50,769 bases of DNA, taken from assembly GCA_041580435.1 (NCBI GenBank), contig JBFGDW010000001.1, positions 1 to 50,769 on the forward strand. The letters are read 5' to 3'. The translations under genes and the position numbers were made by a program. Below the pieces are notes generated by a model. It saw only the letters and a list, made by a program, of their open reading frames with translations. It was not told the DNA's origin and did no database searches. Origin of the DNA: Candidatus Polarisedimenticolia bacterium (lineage in GTDB: Bacteria > Acidobacteriota > Polarisedimenticolia > SMYD01). Positions 1-9,147 of this stretch are shown here, piece after piece; position 1 is the first letter of the stretch; each line of letters opens with the position of its first letter.

Positions 1-408
1 CAGGTCCGAGACGGTGGGGCCATGGAGGAACGGGAAAGGCTCCCGCCGGGAGAGGGCCAGTCCCAGGGCCGTGGCATCGGAGAAGCCCACCAGCAGCTTG
101 CCGGCACGGGCCATGGCCTCCAGGTCCAGCATGGGGAGCAGGCGCGTGGTGCCGTAGCCGCCACGGGCGTAGATGACGCCGCGGGCGCCGGCATCGGCGA
201 AGGCCGCCTCCAGGTCATCGGCCCGCTCCCGGTCCGGACCGGCCAGGAACCCCTCCTGGCCGCGGGCGTGGGGCGCCAGATCCACCTCAAGACCCAGGGC
301 GCGCAGCCGGGCCATCCCCGACTCCAGGCGCGCAGGGTCCACCGGGCCGGCCGGTGCCACCACCCAGAGCCGGTCCCCAGGCGCCAGCGCCGGCAGCGCC
401 CGGCTCAC
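1..408 (-). CDS. LD-carboxypeptidase (peptidase S66, LdcA/MccF-like), N-terminal part; the gene runs off the window edge
   Basis: Absent from the ORF track because there is no in-window stop. My reverse-strand translation from GTG (408..406) reads VSRALPALAPGDRLWVVAPAGPVDPARLESGMARLRALGLEVDLAPHARGQEGFLAGPDRERADDLEAAFADAGARGVIYARGGYGTTRLLPMLDLEAMARAGKLLVGFSDATAL. This matches the S66 N-domain, including the GFSD nucleophile block. The GTG overlaps the TGA (407..405) of the upstream gene. Confidence 0.75.
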   Translation of the reverse strand, partial: MSRALPALAPGDRLWVVAPAGPVDPARLESGMARLRALGLEVDLAPHARGQEGFLAGPDRERADDLEAAFADAGARGVIYARGGYGTTRLLPMLDLEAMARAGKLLVGFSDATALGLALSRREPFPFLHGPTVSDL

Positions 409-1586
409 GGGGACGCGGTCCCCTGGGCGCCCCGGTGCTCCGCCGCCGCGGCCTCGACTCGCGCCGGGCTCGCCAGCAGGTCCACGCCGGTGAGGGCCAG
501 AGCCTGCACCGAGCGCAGGAGCCCGGCGCGTCCCTGTGCCGACAGGGTCGCGGCGGCGAACTCCCGGGTGTGGCTGGCCACGGTGGGGGGCGCGATGGCG
601 AAGAAGGGATGCAGGCTCGGCACCGCCTTGGAGACGTTGCCCATGTCCAGGGAGCCCATGCTCTCCCGCGGGGCATCGTTGACCGGGATGCCGAGACGGG
701 CCAGGTTGTCGCGGTACAGCCCGGCCAGGACCGTGTTGGTGAGCATCTCGTCGTAGGCGCGATCGGTGGCGCGGATCTCCAGCTGGCAGCGGTGGGCCTC
801 GGCCAGCGCCGTGGCCATGCGCCGGAACGCCTCGCAGCCAGGCTCCAGGATCTCCCGGCGCGGCGCCCGCAGGGAGAACCGCCCCACGGCCCGCTCGGGG
901 ACGATGTTGGGGCGCATGCCCCCCTCGGTGATCACCCCCACGATGCGCAGCCCCGGGCGGCTGCCGCGCACCAGGGCGTCCCGCGCCCCGAACAGCGCCA
1001 GCAGCGGGTCCAGGGCGTTGATCCCCTTCTCGGGGTGGGCCACGGCGTGGGAGGCCCGCCCCAGGAAGGTCACCTCCAGGGACTGGCACGCCAGGGAGTC
1101 CACCAGCACGCGTTCCTCCACGCCTGGGTGGACCATGAGGGCGGCGTCCACGTCGGCGAACACCCCGGCCTCGGTGAGCAGGACCTTGCCTCCCAGCGTC
1201 TCCTCGGCGGGGGTCCCGATCACCCGCACCTCCCCTCCCAGCTCCTCCAGGACGCCGGCCAGAAGCAGGCCCGCCCCCAGGGCGGCGGTGCCGATGAGGT
1301 TGTGGCCACAGCCGTGGCCGATCCCGGGCAGGGCGTCGTACTCGGCGAGGAACGCCACCACCGGGCCGGCCCCCGCCCGGCGCGCGGCCACGAAGGCGGT
1401 GGGGAGGCCCGCCTGGCCGGTGGTGACGTCGAAGCCGGCGTCGCGCAACCGCGCCGCCAGCATCTGGTTGGACCGGACCTCCTCGCCGGACAGCTCGGGC
1501 TGGTCGTGGAGGGCGCGGGCCAACCCCTCCAGCTCACCGGCCATCTCCCGCGCCCGCCGCAGGAGGCGCTCCTTGAGATCGTCCAC
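405..1586 (-). CDS. M20-family metallo-amidohydrolase/peptidase (AbgB/aminoacylase-like)
   Basis: 393-aa ORF with protein-like composition. It carries LAEYDALPGIGHGCGHNLIG (metal-ligand block of M20D enzymes) and ITEGGMRPNIVPE. GTG start at 1586, preceded by GAGG. Confidence 0.8.
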   Translation of the reverse strand: MDDLKERLLRRAREMAGELEGLARALHDQPELSGEEVRSNQMLAARLRDAGFDVTTGQAGLPTAFVAARRAGAGPVVAFLAEYDALPGIGHGCGHNLIGTAALGAGLLLAGVLEELGGEVRVIGTPAEETLGGKVLLTEAGVFADVDAALMVHPGVEERVLVDSLACQSLEVTFLGRASHAVAHPEKGINALDPLLALFGARDALVRGSRPGLRIVGVITEGGMRPNIVPERAVGRFSLRAPRREILEPGCEAFRRMATALAEAHRCQLEIRATDRAYDEMLTNTVLAGLYRDNLARLGIPVNDAPRESMGSLDMGNVSKAVPSLHPFFAIAPPTVASHTREFAAATLSAQGRAGLLRSVQALALTGVDLLASPARVEAAAAEHRGAQGTASP

Positions 1587-1649
1587 GCTGCCTCAGCCCT
1601 CCCCCATCAGCCGCTCCCCACGTGCCGCGCGACGGCCGCCGGAAGAAGA

Positions 1650-2030
1650 AGTGTCGGAGCCGGCCGTAAGCCGAATTCTGTCCCGGACTCGCGCCCGGTG
1701 ATGGCCATTCCTCTGGGAGGAGGGTCTCCCCTCCCCTCGTGCGACCGACCCGGGGGCATGGGACGGGCCATCCTCGTGACGCCCCCCTATTTGGTCTTGC
1801 TCCGCGTGGGGTTTACCGTGCCGCCGCCGGTTGCCCGGCAGCGCGGTGCGCTCTTACCGCACCTTTTCACCCTTGCCGCCCCGGCGAGCCGGGGGTGGGC
1901 GGTCTGTTCTCTGTGGCACTTTCCCTGGGGTCGCCCCCGCCGGGGGTTACCCGGCACGCTGCCCTGTGGAGTTCGGACTTTCCTCCGCAGCCTTGCAGCC
2001 GCGGCGGCCATCCTGCCGGCTCCGACGCCC
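1650..2030 (-). ncRNA. rnpB: RNase P RNA, bacterial type A
   Basis: The reverse complement carries the universal blocks: GGAGGAAAGTCCGAACTCCACAGGGCAG, GGGAAAGTGCCACAGAGAA, GGTGAAAAGGTGCGGTAAGAGCGCACC, GGTAAACCCCAC, AGCAAGACCAAATAGG and ACAGAATTCGGCTTACGG. A 12-bp P1 helix forms between GTCGGAGCCGGC (2026..2015) and GCCGGCTCCGAC (1664..1653). Ends are approximate to a few nt. Confidence 0.92.
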
Positions 2031-2046
2031 GATGGTACCACGCCCA

Positions 2047-3096
2047 TCAGGCCGCCGGCCGCTCCACCTGGCGCACGGCGGCGAGGACCTCCTCCAGGGG
2101 CAGGTCGAGCATGCAGCGCCAGTGGCCCAGGGGACAGCGGGCCGCACCATGGCGGCCGCAGGGGCGGCACTCCAGCCCGGCGACCCCCAGGATGCGGTGC
2201 CCCTCTCCTCGCGGGGCGAACCCCTGGGCCGGCACCGTGGGGCCGTACAGCGCCACCAGCGGGGTGCCGGCGGCCTGGCCCAGGTGCAGCGCCCCCGAGT
2301 CGTTGGCCACCAGCGCCGCCGCCCGGGCCAGGAGGGGAACGCTGGCCACCGGACCCAGGTGGGTCAGCGCGTGCACACGGCCGGTCCCGACCAGGGTTTC
2401 CGACCGCCGCTGGATCGCCGCCGCCATGGCCGCCTCGGAGGGTCCTCCCATCACCAGGACCGGCCGCTCCCGGGAGAGGCACGCCGCCAGGGTGGCGAAC
2501 CGCTCCGCCGGCCACCTCTTGGTGGCCCAGGCCGAACCCGGCGCCACGACGTAGAACGAGCCGTGATCCGCCAGCCCGCGCTCCGCCAGCCAGCCCACTG
2601 CCTCCGCCCGGTCCACGTCGCTGGGGAACACCTCCAGCGGATGCCCCGGCAGCCCACACCGGTCCGGGTCCACGCCCAGGGGGCGCAGCAGGTCCAGGTT
2701 CCGCTCCACCTGGTGCCGTCCGGGAACGAAAGCGACGGTGTCGGTGAGGAGCAACCGGGCCGGACCGGGCCGCGCGAAGCCGACGCGCCGGGGAACACCG
2801 GCCGCCCACGCCAGCAGGAGGCTGCGGACCGACCGCCGCGGCAGCAGCGCCACGTCGGGCCGCCGCTGGCGGATCCAGGCCCGGGCGCGCCGGAAGCCGC
2901 CCAGGCCGCCGTCTCCATCCCGCTTGCGCAGCACCTGCACGGCGTCCACGAGAGGGTGGTGGCGCACCGCCTGGGCGCCGGCCGGCGAGGTGATCAGATC
3001 CACCGCGCCGCCAGCCGCCTCGGCGGCGCCGCGGATGAGCGGCGTGGCCAGCAGGAGGTCGCCCAGGAAGGCCGTATCCACCATGAGGATGCGCAT
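2047..3096 (-). CDS. Glycosyltransferase family 9 (ADP-heptose:LPS heptosyltransferase-like)
   Basis: 349 aa. MRILMVDTAFLGDLLLATPLIR at the N-terminus and VANDSGALHLGQAAGTPLVALYGPT near the C-terminus are the two GT9 signature blocks. Confidence 0.85.
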   Translation of the reverse strand: MRILMVDTAFLGDLLLATPLIRGAAEAAGGAVDLITSPAGAQAVRHHPLVDAVQVLRKRDGDGGLGGFRRARAWIRQRRPDVALLPRRSVRSLLLAWAAGVPRRVGFARPGPARLLLTDTVAFVPGRHQVERNLDLLRPLGVDPDRCGLPGHPLEVFPSDVDRAEAVGWLAERGLADHGSFYVVAPGSAWATKRWPAERFATLAACLSRERPVLVMGGPSEAAMAAAIQRRSETLVGTGRVHALTHLGPVASVPLLARAAALVANDSGALHLGQAAGTPLVALYGPTVPAQGFAPRGEGHRILGVAGLECRPCGRHGAARCPLGHWRCMLDLPLEEVLAAVRQVERPAA

Positions 3097-3143
3097 GCCA
3101 GGCCTCGTCGCCGGGCGGACCCGGTGGCCGCATCTTACTAAAC

Positions 3144-4595
3144 GTGGCGCCGGAAACGCCCCATCCCCCTTATGCTAGGATGCGCTGCGCCGCATCGCTC
3201 CCGGCTTTCCCCGCCGCTGGCTCCCCCGGCGCAGGCAGGTTCTCCTTGGCGGTCGAACTCGGAACCGAAAGAGCCCTCCCGCACAACCTCGACGCCGAGC
3301 GCTCGGTGCTGGGCGCCGTCCTGGTGGACAACTCGGCCATGAACGTGGCCCAGCAGCGCCTGCGCGCCGGCGATTTCTACCGGGACGCCCACCGCCGCAT
3401 CTTTGGCGCCATGGTGCAGCTCTCCGAGCGCGGGCAGGCCATTGACCTGGTCACCATCAAGGAGGAGCTGGCCCGGGGCGGTCACCTGGAGGCGGCGGGA
3501 GGCGCCGCGGCTTTGGCCGCCCTCACCGACGGCGTGCCCCGGTCCTCCAACATCGAGCACTACGCCGCCATCGTCAAGGACAAGGCTGTGCTGCGGGAGA
3601 TGATCGAGGCGTCCAGCCGCATCATCGAGAACTGCTTCGCCGCCGAGGAGGACGCCACCCGGGTCCTGGACAGCGCCGAGAAGTCCATCTTCGCCATCGC
3701 CGAGGACCAGTACCGGGGCGGGTTCGCCACCATGAAGGAGATCGCCGACACGGCGGTGACCCACCTGCAGAACCTGAGCGGGCTGCACGAGGTCACCGGC
3801 GTCTCCACCGGGTTCCGGGTCCTGGACCGCTACACCTCGGGGCTGCAACCCTCGGACCTGATCCTGGTGGCCGCCCGGCCCTCCATGGGCAAGACGGCCT
3901 TCTGCCTCAACATGGCCCAGCACGCCAGCGTCCACGACGGCCGGTCGGTGGGGATCTTCAGCCTGGAGATGAGCAAGGAGCAGCTCTACCTGCGCCTCCT
4001 GGCCAGCCAGGCCCGGGTGGACAGCCACCGCCTGCGCACCGGCCGTCTCAACTCGGGCCAGTGGGGGGAGATCCTCAAGGCCGTTGACGGGCTGAGCGAG
4101 ACGCGGATCTACATCGATGACACGCCGGGCATCTCGGTGATGGAGATGCGGGCCAAGGCCCGCCGGCTGGCCCTGGAGCACGGGCTCGATCTCCTGGTGG
4201 TGGACTACCTGCAGCTCATGCGCGGGCGCGGCCGGTTCGAGAACCGGAACCTGGAGATCGCCGACATCTCGCGCTCCCTCAAGGAGCTGGCCAAGGAGCT
4301 CAAGGTGCCGGTGGTGGCCCTGTCCCAGCTGTCCCGGGCCCCGGAGCAGCGTGGCAAGGACCGGCGCCCGCAGCTGGCCGACCTGCGCGAATCGGGAGCC
4401 CTGGAGCAGGACGCCGACGTGGTGCTCTTCCTCTACCGCCCCGAGGTGTACGACCCCGAGAACCCGGAGCTGGAGGGCCGCGCCGAGGTGATCATCGGCA
4501 AGCAGCGCAACGGTCCCATCGGCACCGCGGAGCTGGTGTTCGTCAAGAACTACGCCACCTTCAGCGACCGGGACGACCACGACGAGCGGACGTGA
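3144..4595 (+). CDS. dnaB: Replicative DNA helicase DnaB
   Basis: Motifs: PHNLDAERSVLGAVL N-terminal block, Walker A AARPSMGKTAF, LLVVDYLQLM, ALSQLSRAPEQR, ADVVLFLYR. The start is uncertain: GTG 3144, ATG 3180 or TTG 3246 are all in frame. The divergent promoter region with the GT9 gene argues for one of the later starts. Confidence 0.9.
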   Translation: MAPETPHPPYARMRCAASLPAFPAAGSPGAGRFSLAVELGTERALPHNLDAERSVLGAVLVDNSAMNVAQQRLRAGDFYRDAHRRIFGAMVQLSERGQAIDLVTIKEELARGGHLEAAGGAAALAALTDGVPRSSNIEHYAAIVKDKAVLREMIEASSRIIENCFAAEEDATRVLDSAEKSIFAIAEDQYRGGFATMKEIADTAVTHLQNLSGLHEVTGVSTGFRVLDRYTSGLQPSDLILVAARPSMGKTAFCLNMAQHASVHDGRSVGIFSLEMSKEQLYLRLLASQARVDSHRLRTGRLNSGQWGEILKAVDGLSETRIYIDDTPGISVMEMRAKARRLALEHGLDLLVVDYLQLMRGRGRFENRNLEIADISRSLKELAKELKVPVVALSQLSRAPEQRGKDRRPQLADLRESGALEQDADVVLFLYRPEVYDPENPELEGRAEVIIGKQRNGPIGTAELVFVKNYATFSDRDDHDERT

Positions 4596-5803
4596 TCGCC
4601 CCTCCCTCCGCGGCCCGGGCCGCCATCCTGGAGCAGCTCGCCCGGCGCCGGCCGACCTGGATCGAGATCGACCTGGACGCCCTGGAGGCCAATGCCCGTG
4701 CCCTGGGCCGGGCCTGCGGCGGACGTCCCGTCTGGGCCGTGGTCAAGGCGGACGCCTACGGCCACGGCGCCATCCCGTGCGCCCGCGCCCTCGAGGCCGC
4801 CGGCGTCCACGGGCTGGTGGTGGCCCTGGCCGACGAGGGGGTGGCCCTGCGGCGGGCCGGCATGGAGCTGCCCATCCTCCTGTCGGGGCCCCTTCCCGCC
4901 GGCGGCGCGGAGGTGCTGGTGGAGCACGCCATCGCTCCGGCCCTGTCCCGGGTGGAGGACCTGGAGGCTCTGGCCCGCGCCGCCCGGAGCCTGGGCCGGG
5001 ACGCCGACTACCACCTGGAGCTGGACACGGGCATGACGCGCATGGGGCTGTCTCCCAGCGACCTGCCCGCCTTCGCGGCGGCGGCGCGGGGAGCGGCCCG
5101 CTGCCACCTGCGCACCGTCCTGTCCCACCTGGCGCCGGTGTCCGAGCCCGGGGGCCCCGGGGCGCGGAGGCAGTCGGAGGCGCTGGGAGGCCTGGTGGCC
5201 CAGGTGCGGCGCGCCTGGGGCCAGGCCGTCCCCGCCCATCTGGCATCGTCTCCCGCCCTCTGCGGCTTCCCGGGGGCCATGTGGGACATGGTCCGGCCCG
5301 GGCTGCTGCTGTACGGCGTCCTGCCCCACCCGCGCCTCCGCCCGCCCATCCCCCTGCGCCCCGTGCTGTCGTTCCGCACCGTGGCGGTCCTGGTGCGCCC
5401 CGTCCCCGCCGGGACGGCCGTGGGCTACGAGGGACTGCACGTGACCCCGGCGGCCACCCGCATCGCGGTCATCGCCGCCGGCTACGCCGACGGACTGCTC
5501 CGGGACGCCGGCGGTCGAGCCGAGGTCCTGGCCGGGGGCCGCCTGATGCCGCTCGTGGGCGCCGTCAACATGGACCTGGCCCAGGTGGATGCCGGCGCCG
5601 ACGCCGTCTTGCATGCAGGCGACGTGGTCACCCTCATCGGCACCGACGGCGGGGCCACCCTGCGCCTGGAGGATCTCTCCGCCAGGACCGGGCGCACGCC
5701 TTACGAGTGGCTCACGGGCCTGGGGAGCCGCGTCCCGCGCTTCTTCCTGCGCGGCGAGACCCTGGTCGAGGCCGGGTCCGGCGTGAACGGGATGGTAGAA
5801 TGA
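4592..5803 (+). CDS. alr: Alanine racemase
   Basis: WAVVKADAYGHG PLP-lysine motif and typical length (403 aa). The GTG start overlaps the dnaB stop (GTGA at 4592..4595). dnaB-alr adjacency is also known from E. coli. Confidence 0.88.
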   Translation: MIAPPSAARAAILEQLARRRPTWIEIDLDALEANARALGRACGGRPVWAVVKADAYGHGAIPCARALEAAGVHGLVVALADEGVALRRAGMELPILLSGPLPAGGAEVLVEHAIAPALSRVEDLEALARAARSLGRDADYHLELDTGMTRMGLSPSDLPAFAAAARGAARCHLRTVLSHLAPVSEPGGPGARRQSEALGGLVAQVRRAWGQAVPAHLASSPALCGFPGAMWDMVRPGLLLYGVLPHPRLRPPIPLRPVLSFRTVAVLVRPVPAGTAVGYEGLHVTPAATRIAVIAAGYADGLLRDAGGRAEVLAGGRLMPLVGAVNMDLAQVDAGADAVLHAGDVVTLIGTDGGATLRLEDLSARTGRTPYEWLTGLGSRVPRFFLRGETLVEAGSGVNGMVE

Positions 5804-5834
5804 CCGGCGGAGGTGCTCCATCCGCAGCCCGCTC

Positions 5835-6857
5835 GTGACCGGTTCCCTCGTCGCCGTTCTGGCCGCCACCCTGTCGATGCTGCTGGAGCCGGTCTCCCGC
5901 GCCTTGGGGCTGGCCGCGCCGCTGGCCTGGCTGGTGGATGGAGCGGCGGGCCTCCTGCTGGCGGGGGCCGTGCTGGCTGCCCAGGCGGCGCTGCCCCGAG
6001 TCCCCGCCAGGGTGCTGCTGGGTGGACTGGCGGGCGCCCTGGCCGGCGCCCTGGCGGGCTGGGTGCTGTGGACCGCCTGGCCCCACGCGCCAGGCGCCGG
6101 CCCGGCCACCGCGGCCCGCACCCTCGTCTCTCTCGCTCTGATCTACGCCGGCACCGCCGTGGCCGTGCACAAGGCGGCCCGCTTCCAGCCCTCCAGCATC
6201 AGGGAGCTCTGGACCGGGGCCGAGACGAGCCAGGGGCCCAAGCTGGTGGACACCAGCGTCATCATCGACGGCCGCATCCATGACGTCATCGAGACCGGCT
6301 TTCTGGACGGCCGCCTCCTGGTCCCCCAGTTCGTCCTGCGTGAGCTGCAGCAGGTGGCCGACTCCTCCGACCCCCTCAAGCGCGCCCGGGGACGCAAGGG
6401 TCTGGAGACCCTTCAGGCCATGAAGAAGATCCCCACCGTCCAGGTGGAGGTGACCCAGACCGACTTCCCCCACATCCGGGAGGTCGACCTGAAGCTCATC
6501 GAGCTGGCGCGGCGCAGCAGCGGGAAGATCATCACCAACGACTTCAACCTGAACAAGGTGGCGCGGGTCCGGGACATCCCGGTGCTCAACATCAACGAGC
6601 TGGCCAACGCCCTCAAGCCGGTTGTGCTCCCTGGCGAGCCCATGCGGGTCTTCATTCTCAAGGAGGGGAAGGAGCCCAACCAGGGGGTCGCCTACCTGGA
6701 CGACGGCACCATGGTGGTGGTGGACGACGGCAAGTCGCTGGTGGGCCAGACCGTGGACATCGTGGTGACGTCGGTGCTCCAGACCACCGCCGGAAAGATG
6801 TTCTTCGGCCGCAGCGAGGCCCTGGCCCGCGCCGACCGCCGGGACCAGGCCAGCTGA
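5835..6857 (+). CDS. Membrane-anchored PIN/TRAM-domain protein (YacL-like)
   Basis: Hydrophobic N-terminal third. Then KLVDTSVIIDGRIHDVIETGFLDGRLLVPQFVLRELQQVADS (PIN) and a C-terminal TRAM-like block, GQTVDIVVTSVLQTTAGKMFFGR. Confidence 0.82.
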   Translation: MTGSLVAVLAATLSMLLEPVSRALGLAAPLAWLVDGAAGLLLAGAVLAAQAALPRVPARVLLGGLAGALAGALAGWVLWTAWPHAPGAGPATAARTLVSLALIYAGTAVAVHKAARFQPSSIRELWTGAETSQGPKLVDTSVIIDGRIHDVIETGFLDGRLLVPQFVLRELQQVADSSDPLKRARGRKGLETLQAMKKIPTVQVEVTQTDFPHIREVDLKLIELARRSSGKIITNDFNLNKVARVRDIPVLNINELANALKPVVLPGEPMRVFILKEGKEPNQGVAYLDDGTMVVVDDGKSLVGQTVDIVVTSVLQTTAGKMFFGRSEALARADRRDQAS

Positions 6858-7840
6858 TGGCGCGCCACGTCATGGGGCTGGTCCTGGCCTCCGCCGTCCT
6901 GGCGCTGCCGGCCCAGGCAACCGCCTCCCAACGGCTGGTGGTGGTGCCCTTCGAGAACGCCACCGGCGAGGCGAGCCTCTACTGGATCGGAGAGGCGTTC
7001 GCCGTGGGACTCACCGACCAGCTCCTGGCGGCCGGCCACGACGCCGTGGAGCCGCGCCGCCGCAGGGAGGCGGCCCTGGAGATGGGCCTGCCCCTGGACG
7101 AGCCGGTCACCACGGCCTCGAGCCTGCTCCTGGCACGGCGGGTTCACGCGGGAGCTGCGGTCACGGGCACGGTGGCGCTGCGGGAATCCAATCGCGTGGT
7201 GGTCAACGCGCGGCTGGTGCGGACCGAGGGGTCGGGCACCGAGCCGGTGGAGGTGGGCGGCGCGCTGCATGAGCTCCATGCCCTGCAGGAGCGCCTCGCC
7301 CGCCGCCTCCTGCCGCCGGGTCCATCGGCACGGGCGGAGGGCCTCACGCCCCGGCAGGTGCTGGAGCAGGTGCCCCTGGGCAGCTTCGAGCTGTACATCA
7401 AGGCGGTCATGACCGCCGATCCCGACGAGCGCCGGTCACTCTTGGACCGTGCCCTGGAGGCCGACCCTCTCTACCCGGCGGCTCTGCTGGAGCGCGCCCG
7501 CATGGAGCTGGAGGAAGGGCGGGCCAGCGATGCCCTGATCTGGCTGGAGCGGGTGCAGGTGGAGGCCATGGCCTTCCCGGAGCGCTACTGGCTCCTGCGC
7601 GCCGACGTGGCGGCGGCCAACGGCGATCATGGCAGCGCCATCGATCTGTACGCCCGCGCCCTGGCCATCCGTCCGCTCCCCACCGCTCACTTCCGCAAGG
7701 GGGCCGCCATGGCGCGCCAGGGCCGGCTCATGGAGGCGCGTCGGGAGGTGGACACCGGGCTGGCCCTGGACCCGGGCGACCCCGAGGGGGTGGAGCTGCG
7801 CGAGGCGCTGGGCCGTCACGGGACGGAGCCGGCGCCTTGA
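6857..7840 (+). CDS. Secreted protein with a TolB-N-like domain plus TPR repeats
   Basis: Signal peptide MARHVMGLVLASAVLALPAQA. Then RLVVVPFENATGEASLYWIGEAFAVGLTDQL, followed by TPR-like helical repeats (LDRALEADPLYPAALLERARMELEEGR...). The ATG shares 1 nt with the upstream TGA. Confidence 0.65.
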   Translation: MARHVMGLVLASAVLALPAQATASQRLVVVPFENATGEASLYWIGEAFAVGLTDQLLAAGHDAVEPRRRREAALEMGLPLDEPVTTASSLLLARRVHAGAAVTGTVALRESNRVVVNARLVRTEGSGTEPVEVGGALHELHALQERLARRLLPPGPSARAEGLTPRQVLEQVPLGSFELYIKAVMTADPDERRSLLDRALEADPLYPAALLERARMELEEGRASDALIWLERVQVEAMAFPERYWLLRADVAAANGDHGSAIDLYARALAIRPLPTAHFRKGAAMARQGRLMEARREVDTGLALDPGDPEGVELREALGRHGTEPAP

Positions 7841-9147
7841 AGCCACGGTGGGCGAAGGCGGCCGGGGGCTCGCTCCTGGCCGCGCTCCTGGCCGCCGTGC
7901 CCGGCCCCTGGGCACTCCCCGACGGCGGGCAGGAAGAGCCTCCCCGCCCGGTGACCATCGTGGACGTGGACCAGGTGCGTGAGGCGCTTTTGGAGAGCGG
8001 CATCCTCGATGCCCGCTCCCTGGAGGAGTACCTGGAGGGGCACATCCCCTACTCCCGTCCCGCCGACCTGGCCGCCATCGAGGCGGCTGTCCTGGGGGAC
8101 GCTTCATTCGACCCCAGCGCCTTCATCCAGGCACTGGGACGGACGACGCTGGACCCGCAGCGGCCGGCCATCGTCTACGACGCCAGCCGGCCCGGCCGCC
8201 GGGACGGCTACCTGGCCTGGCTGCTCTCCCTGGGCGGCGTGCCAGAGGTGCAGATCCTGGACGGCGGCTTCGCCGGCTGGAATCTCCGGCGCGGTCTGGG
8301 CGTCTACAGGGGCCACCCGGTGCCGCGGGGGATGAACATGCTTCAGCCCGAGAACCTGACGCCGCGCCCCGAGCTGCGCGTGGACGCGGCGGAGCTGGGC
8401 TCCGGTCTGCCCGAGGGGGCCGCCGTCGTCGAGGTCCTGCCCGCCGCCCCCGGCGAGGCCGACCCGCCAGCCGCCGGCCCGGGGCGCCTGCGCGCCGACG
8501 AGGTCCTCTCCCCTGACGGCCGCTTCCTCTTTCCGTACCACCTGCGCAACCTCCTGGCGGAGAGGGGCGTGGACCCCGATGCACGGCTCCTTCTGCGCGG
8601 CGCCCCCGGCGATGCCGGCCTGGTCTGGGCCGCCCTGGCGGGAAACCGGTTCGATGCGGCCCTGATCACCAGCGGCACCGAGGGTCCCGTCGAGCCCACT
8701 GCCCCCGACGTTCCCGTCCTGGACGCTGACGGCCTCACCCGCCATCTGGAGGGGCTCGCCGGGAAGATCGTCGTGGTCAGCTACTGGGCCACCTGGTGCC
8801 TGCCCTGCGTGCAGGAGATGCCCCTGCTCGCCCGGGTGGCCAGGGAGTACGCCGGCCGCGGCGTGGAGGTCCTGGGAGTCTCCTGCGATCTGCTGCTGGG
8901 CGGCTCGGCCACCGAGAAGCAGGCCCTGGTGCGGACCTTCCTCGCCCGGCACGGTGCGGGGCTCCGCAGCATCCTGTTCGACGGCAGCGAGGAGAGCCTG
9001 GCCGAGCGCTTCGCCCACCCCGGCCCCCTGCCCCACACCACGGTGCTGGGCCCGGACGGGGCCCTGCTCTGGTCGCGATCCGGCATGCTGGAGGACGGGG
9101 ATCTGCAGGCGGCGCTGGATGCCCTCCTCGCACGCGACGACGGCTGA
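7837..9147 (+). CDS. Exported tandem rhodanese-like domains fused to a TlpA/ResA-type thioredoxin-fold domain
   Basis: Signal peptide. ILDARSLEEYLEGHIPYS rhodanese block, then a second rhodanese-like module. C-terminal VVVSYWATWCLPCVQEMPLL (WCxxC thioredoxin fold) and PHTTVLGPDG (cis-Pro loop). TTG start overlaps the upstream stop (TTGA at 7837..7840). Confidence 0.75.
   Translation: MKPRWAKAAGGSLLAALLAAVPGPWALPDGGQEEPPRPVTIVDVDQVREALLESGILDARSLEEYLEGHIPYSRPADLAAIEAAVLGDASFDPSAFIQALGRTTLDPQRPAIVYDASRPGRRDGYLAWLLSLGGVPEVQILDGGFAGWNLRRGLGVYRGHPVPRGMNMLQPENLTPRPELRVDAAELGSGLPEGAAVVEVLPAAPGEADPPAAGPGRLRADEVLSPDGRFLFPYHLRNLLAERGVDPDARLLLRGAPGDAGLVWAALAGNRFDAALITSGTEGPVEPTAPDVPVLDADGLTRHLEGLAGKIVVVSYWATWCLPCVQEMPLLARVAREYAGRGVEVLGVSCDLLLGGSATEKQALVRTFLARHGAGLRSILFDGSEESLAERFAHPGPLPHTTVLGPDGALLWSRSGMLEDGDLQAALDALLARDDG

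Noticed and set aside
5835-6857. PIN-domain protein as a possible toxin of a toxin-antitoxin or defence module.
   Set aside because: It is the membrane-anchored PIN-TRAM (YacL-type) housekeeping architecture. It has no small antitoxin partner and is embedded in a dnaB-alr core operon.
8954-9118. Upstream 55 codons of the GT-C-like ORF as given in the track.
   Set aside because: They lie wholly inside the thioredoxin domain of the preceding gene in another frame and translate to a Cys/Arg/Pro-rich string. ATG 9119 precedes the first TM segment.
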